Assembly (NCBI GenBank): GCA_963803555.1
Contig: CAWDMZ010000002.1
Location: 283,052-347,051 of the forward strand
DNA: 64,000 nt
Direction of reading: 5' to 3'
DNA from: an uncultured Alphaproteobacteria bacterium
GTDB lineage: Bacteria > Pseudomonadota > Alphaproteobacteria > Micavibrionales > Micavibrionaceae
The notes beneath the pieces are model-generated. The model had not been told where the DNA came from, did no database searches, and saw only the letters and a program-made list of their open reading frames with translations. How positions within the stretch are numbered: position 1 is the first letter of the stretch; every line of letters begins with the position of its first letter. This document shows, piece by piece, positions 59,969 through 64,000 of this stretch. The translations under genes and the position numbers were made by a program.

Positions 59969-61603
59969 TTAAACGTTACGACCTGTATTGATCACATTGA
60001 TATCATTAAATCGTGTCGTGGAGCTCCCGTGTGATACTGCGCTCACTTGTGAAGGCTGTCCTTTCCCGTCGAAGAATGATCCGAACAAACGATAATCGTC
60101 CTTATCACATATTTTAGCACAAGAATTCCAGAATTCTTGCGTATTAGATTGGTAGGCTACGTCATTGAGCATTCCTACAATCTTTCCGTCTTTTATTTCA
60201 TAAAACATCGTACCGCCAAACTGGAAATTATAACGCTGCTGATCGATAGAGTACGACCCGCGACCTGCAATGTAAATTCCTTTCTCAACGTCTTTGATCA
60301 TATCCTTTACAGCATATGGTTCTTTCCCAGCTTCTAGCGAGATATTAGGCATACGTTGAAACTGTACATCATTCCAGCTCTGCGCATAACAACAACCGTG
60401 TGATTCGTTCTGGTCAATCATTTTTACTTGGTCACGTATCGCTTGATAATTTACAAGTACACCATCACGTATAATATCCCATTGCTTCGTTTTAACTCCT
60501 TCATCATCCCAGCCCACATTTCCTAAGGAACCTTCTTGCGTTTTATCTGCGACAATATTCACAATATCGCTACCGTATTTGAAGTCTCCAGACTTCCACT
60601 TATCTATAGTGGCAAAACTGGTTCCTGCATAATTTGCTTCATATCCTAAAACTCGGTCGAGCTCGGTAGGGTGGCCTACAGACTCGTGTATAGTGAGACC
60701 CAAGTGATTGGGCTCAAGCACAAGATCGTATTTACCAGCATCTACAGACTTTGCCGTAAGCATTTCTTTAGCTTGCTTAGCCGCCATTGTTGCATCTTCT
60801 ATGATGTCGTAACTCTTTCTGTATAGTCTTAATCCTTCTGGTCCTTCTAGTTTTTCTGATTCTAGACCATCTAGATATTCATACCCCATTCCCATAGGAG
60901 CGCTCATCGCATCCCTGGTTTTGAACTTTCCATCTGCAATGGCAGTGACACCAAACGTAGGCCAGATACGGTGCACATCTTGATCAATGTATGATCCTTC
61001 GGTGGAAGCAAAATACTTTTGCTCGTTTACCATAAAGAGCGCAGAATTTACAAAGTTTGCGCCGTTTGCTTGCGCTGCAGCATTTGCAGACAATAGTAAT
61101 TCTACTTTCTCTGAGACGGGTACTTCTTTAAAATCTTTTTTGATTGGCGTTTTCCAACTTACTTCGCCGTAGGAATCTACGGGAGCGAGCACCACTGGAT
61201 TCGTTTGGAATTTTGAATTCGCCTTTGCAATTGCAACCGCTTGTTCGGTTGCTTTCTTAATTCCGTCTGGAGTTACATCGTTTGTAGAGGCAAATCCCCA
61301 CGTACCATTTGCAATTACACGTACACCGATTCCAAATGACTCCGTATTCACTACGCCTTGTACTTTATCTTCTCTAGTGCGTACAAATTGGTTCAAATAT
61401 CTACCAATACGTGCATCAGCATAGGTGGCACCTAAGCTTTTTGCGGTATTGAGGGCAACATCTGCCATTTGTTTTTTCATAAGCACGTCCATTCCTGGCT
61501 CAAGGAGTGCCTCTGTCGGAATGTTATTTCCTAGCATCATCCCAGGCACCATAAGTGCTCCAGCTCCCAGACCTGCTAGTTGGACAAAATTTCTTCTTTT
61601 CAT
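59969..61603 (-). CDS. tldD: TldD-like metalloprotease with a twin-arginine signal peptide
   Basis: MKRRNFVQLAGLGAGALMVPG is a Tat motif. IHESVGHPTELDR is the TldD HExxxH metal site. Confidence 0.85.
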   Translation of the reverse strand: MKRRNFVQLAGLGAGALMVPGMMLGNNIPTEALLEPGMDVLMKKQMADVALNTAKSLGATYADARIGRYLNQFVRTREDKVQGVVNTESFGIGVRVIANGTWGFASTNDVTPDGIKKATEQAVAIAKANSKFQTNPVVLAPVDSYGEVSWKTPIKKDFKEVPVSEKVELLLSANAAAQANGANFVNSALFMVNEQKYFASTEGSYIDQDVHRIWPTFGVTAIADGKFKTRDAMSAPMGMGYEYLDGLESEKLEGPEGLRLYRKSYDIIEDATMAAKQAKEMLTAKSVDAGKYDLVLEPNHLGLTIHESVGHPTELDRVLGYEANYAGTSFATIDKWKSGDFKYGSDIVNIVADKTQEGSLGNVGWDDEGVKTKQWDIIRDGVLVNYQAIRDQVKMIDQNESHGCCYAQSWNDVQFQRMPNISLEAGKEPYAVKDMIKDVEKGIYIAGRGSYSIDQQRYNFQFGGTMFYEIKDGKIVGMLNDVAYQSNTQEFWNSCAKICDKDDYRLFGSFFDGKGQPSQVSAVSHGSSTTRFNDINVINTGRNV

Positions 61604-61710
61604 TGGTTTCGGTATTTGATTGACTGTTCTACAATTTACTGAAAAGAAACTATAAGGTTTTGTTAAAAAGATGTTAAGGATTAGAAGGGCCCTTTTTTAA
61701 AAATAATTCG

Positions 61711-61728
61711 TTCGCTTAACGCGAAAAT
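61711..61728. repeat. TTTCGCGAAA-core palindromic element, degenerate copy
   Basis: ttcgcttaacgcgaaaat, intergenic. Confidence 0.4.
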
Positions 61729-61900
61729 AGAAGCCAAATAGAGATCTCCCCAGACGATAAAGGAATTTAAATGTAAGCCCAGAGTGAGTTCTATTGAAGT
61801 TTACTAAATAGAAGTTTTTTCTAAAATTGAGGTGAAGTCACTTGTTTCATTCGAAAAATAAATTACCTAGAGATGACTACCTCTCTGAAATGCCAAATAC

Positions 61901-61917
61901 ATTTTCGCGAAAGCGTA
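61901..61917. repeat. TTTCGCGAAA-core palindromic element
   Basis: attttcgcgaaagcgta, intergenic, about 105 nt upstream of the ABC ATPase gene. Confidence 0.75.
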
Positions 61918-62022
61918 AAAAAGTTAAATCTTCTCAGCATCAGCAATTTATAAAGTACTTCTCACAAGCTTTGTAACAATCTCCCATCTTCACACTCTAA
62001 CAGAATAACTAAAATAAATTTT

Positions 62023-62916
62023 ATGATACTCAGTTTAAAAAATGTCTCAAAAACATATAGTAATGGCGTTAAGGCCTTAGATGATGTAACTATTGATATC
62101 CATGCAGGAATGTTTGGGCTCCTTGGACCTAATGGTGCGGGAAAATCGTCACTTATGCGTACCATTGCCACCCTACAAGCTCCAGATACTGGACATATAG
62201 ATTTTAATGGGCTGGACATTTTAAATAATAAAATTGAGTTTAGAAAGCAGTTGGGATATTTACCGCAGGAATTTGGCGTATATCCTAAAATGAGTGCGAG
62301 TGACTTGCTTCATTATTTTGCAAATCTCAAAGGGATCACTACTAAAAGTGATCGCAATGCTATCGTAGACAAAGCGCTGGAAGTAACCAACCTAAGTGAT
62401 GTGCGCGATAAGCACGTGGCTGGCTATTCTGGCGGTATGAAACAACGTTTTGGCATCGCTCAATTACTTCTTAACAATCCAAAACTAATCATCGTAGATG
62501 AGCCTACCGCTGGTCTTGACCCCGCTGAGCGCCACCGTTTTCTCAACGTATTACGGGAGATAGGAACCAATCACATTGTAATCTTTTCTACACACATTGT
62601 AGACGATGTGAAAGAACTCTGTACCGATATGGCGATTCTTAATGGGGGGACCATTCTTGCGCAGAGTACTCCTAAGCAACTTGTCGCAAGTTTACAGGGA
62701 AAAATCTGGAAGACGGCAGCGACAAGAGAACAAATGGAAGCACTGCAAACTCAGCACAATGTGATCTCTTCTAGTTTCAATGACAGTAATGACCTAGATG
62801 TACGTGTCTATAGTGACGCCTCGCCAGGCGCTGGCTTTGACAGTGCTACTGCCACATTAGAGGACGTGTACTTTACGACGCTCAACCAGAATTCTAACGC
62901 TGAGATAATCGCCTAA
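62023..62916 (+). CDS. ABC transporter ATP-binding protein (ABC-2/DrrA-like)
   Basis: Walker A GPNGAGKSS, signature YSGGMKQR, Walker B LIIVDEPTAGLD, and an H-loop STHIV. Confidence 0.9.
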   Translation: MILSLKNVSKTYSNGVKALDDVTIDIHAGMFGLLGPNGAGKSSLMRTIATLQAPDTGHIDFNGLDILNNKIEFRKQLGYLPQEFGVYPKMSASDLLHYFANLKGITTKSDRNAIVDKALEVTNLSDVRDKHVAGYSGGMKQRFGIAQLLLNNPKLIIVDEPTAGLDPAERHRFLNVLREIGTNHIVIFSTHIVDDVKELCTDMAILNGGTILAQSTPKQLVASLQGKIWKTAATREQMEALQTQHNVISSSFNDSNDLDVRVYSDASPGAGFDSATATLEDVYFTTLNQNSNAEIIA

Positions 62917-62918
62917 TT

Positions 62919-64000
62919 ATGTTTAGTACTATCTATCTACACGAGATAAGAACGTGGTTTAAGAAACCACTTTTTTATATATTTTCTGCGATTATGTTTT
63001 TGCTAGCACTGCTTTTGATGGCAGTGGCGCTAGGTGTCTTTAGCAGTGACAATGTTACGGTGACGAGTAATGCTTATTTAAATAGTCCCCTAGCGATTAC
63101 GGGTATTTTATCACAGCTGGCACTCTTAGCATATCTTTTGATTCCTTCTATCACGGGAGGAACCATACACCGGGATTTTAAGAATAGTATGCACAATGTG
63201 CTCTATTCTTACCCACTTACTAAGTTTAATTACTTACTGGCAAAATTTACAGCAGCGGTAACGATTAATCTGATCATTATGTTTGCGATGGTCATAGGAT
63301 TACTCATTGGCTCAGTCTTACCTGGTGCAAATGAATCCTTACTAGGACCTTTCGCTTTATGGAATTACATACAGCCCTTTGCCTTTATCATATTTCCAAA
63401 TGTGGTTTTTTACAGTGCGATTGTATTTGCGATCGTAGTCTTTACGCGCAATATGAATATAGGGTTTATGACTGTGCTTACCCTTATCATCATACAATTA
63501 ATAGCCACAAGTATGGCAGATAATGCTGATGATACGTTTTACTTTTCGCTCTTTGACCCATTAGCAAATGTTGCCTTAGCTGATGCTACTGAATACTGGA
63601 CACCCGTTGAGCAAAATGAACGCTCGTTACCTATGACTGGGAATCTTCTTTATAACCGGATTACTGTGGGGAACTTTCTCATTACTTGTTTTATTTGGGA
63701 TTATCGCCAAATTTAATTTTGCGCAAAGTGCATCATCATTGCGACTATTTAAAAGAAAGGAAACGAAGTCTGTAAAGAAAAACTCGAGTAAAATAGAGCG
63801 CATTGCAATGCCCGAAGCAACTTCTGATTTCTCTTTTGGAGGAAAGCTCAAGACCCTCTGGCACCTTGTGAAGAGCGACACTAAATATATAATTACAGGC
63901 TGGCCCTTTATTATTATTTCATTTTTAGCAGTGGTGCTCACGTTTGTAATGATGAACTTCTCACAGCTCATTTACAACACGGCTATCTTACCTAAAACAT
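62919..64000 (+). pseudogene. ABC-2-type permease (large membrane protein, continues past the window end) with a +1 frameshift at 63657-63660
   Basis: ORF 62919-63716 ends ...GNLLYNRITVGNFLITCFIWDYRQI*. The +1 frame is open from 63637 to the window end (LLWGTFSLLVLFGIIAKFNFAQSAS...WPFIIISFLAVVLTFVMM). Deleting one G of ccGGa gives LLYNRLLWGTFSLLVL. Confidence 0.65.

Overview
This 64-kb chromosomal segment looks like a marine Flavobacteriia (Bacteroidota) genome. Supporting signs are AT-rich DNA, TTG-N19-TAnnTTTG promoters, a T9SS C-terminal sorting domain, CarboxypepD_reg-type TonB-dependent receptors with DUF4249 partners, and many SPase-II lipoproteins. Content is mostly housekeeping and envelope genes: menA (partial), GH13 amylase, proS, two tandem tRNA-Glu, rpsT, rplS, monomeric icd, cysteine desulfurase, rocD, rlmD, GH5, a TetR-ABC-HlyD-TolC exporter, a LytTR two-component system, a MoxR-DUF58-BatA_N-type cluster with DUF4159, a Tat-TldD/PmbA pair, and an ABC transporter. 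I saw no rRNA, CRISPR array, integrase or transposase. Main observations: (1) A 10-16 nt palindrome (CGC)TTTCGCGAAA(GCG) is hugely over-represented, with 12 perfect cores and about 11 degenerate copies. It sits just after stop codons and also inside intact CDSs in all three frames, read as AFAKA, LSRK or FRES. (2) An orphan 486-aa protein (48088-49548) joins a papain-like Cys-His-Asp domain to eight basic 29-30-aa helical repeats. (3) Four genes are each broken by a single extra base, three times an extra G; this is either real decay or systematic assembly error. (4) There are decay remnants: an AraC HTH fragment carrying a CCTCCTG microsatellite, and a HigB C-terminal fragment fused to a Cys-rich segment beside an intact HigA. 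(5) The HlyD/TolC-coupled ABC exporter has a nucleotide-binding domain that appears to lack the signature, Walker-B D-E and H-loop motifs. (6) A lipoprotein with a Gly/Trp/Tyr-rich block and an Arg/Ser-rich tail sits in an operon with a FadL/PorV-like barrel. All calls come from reading the translations and DNA by eye; no database search was possible.
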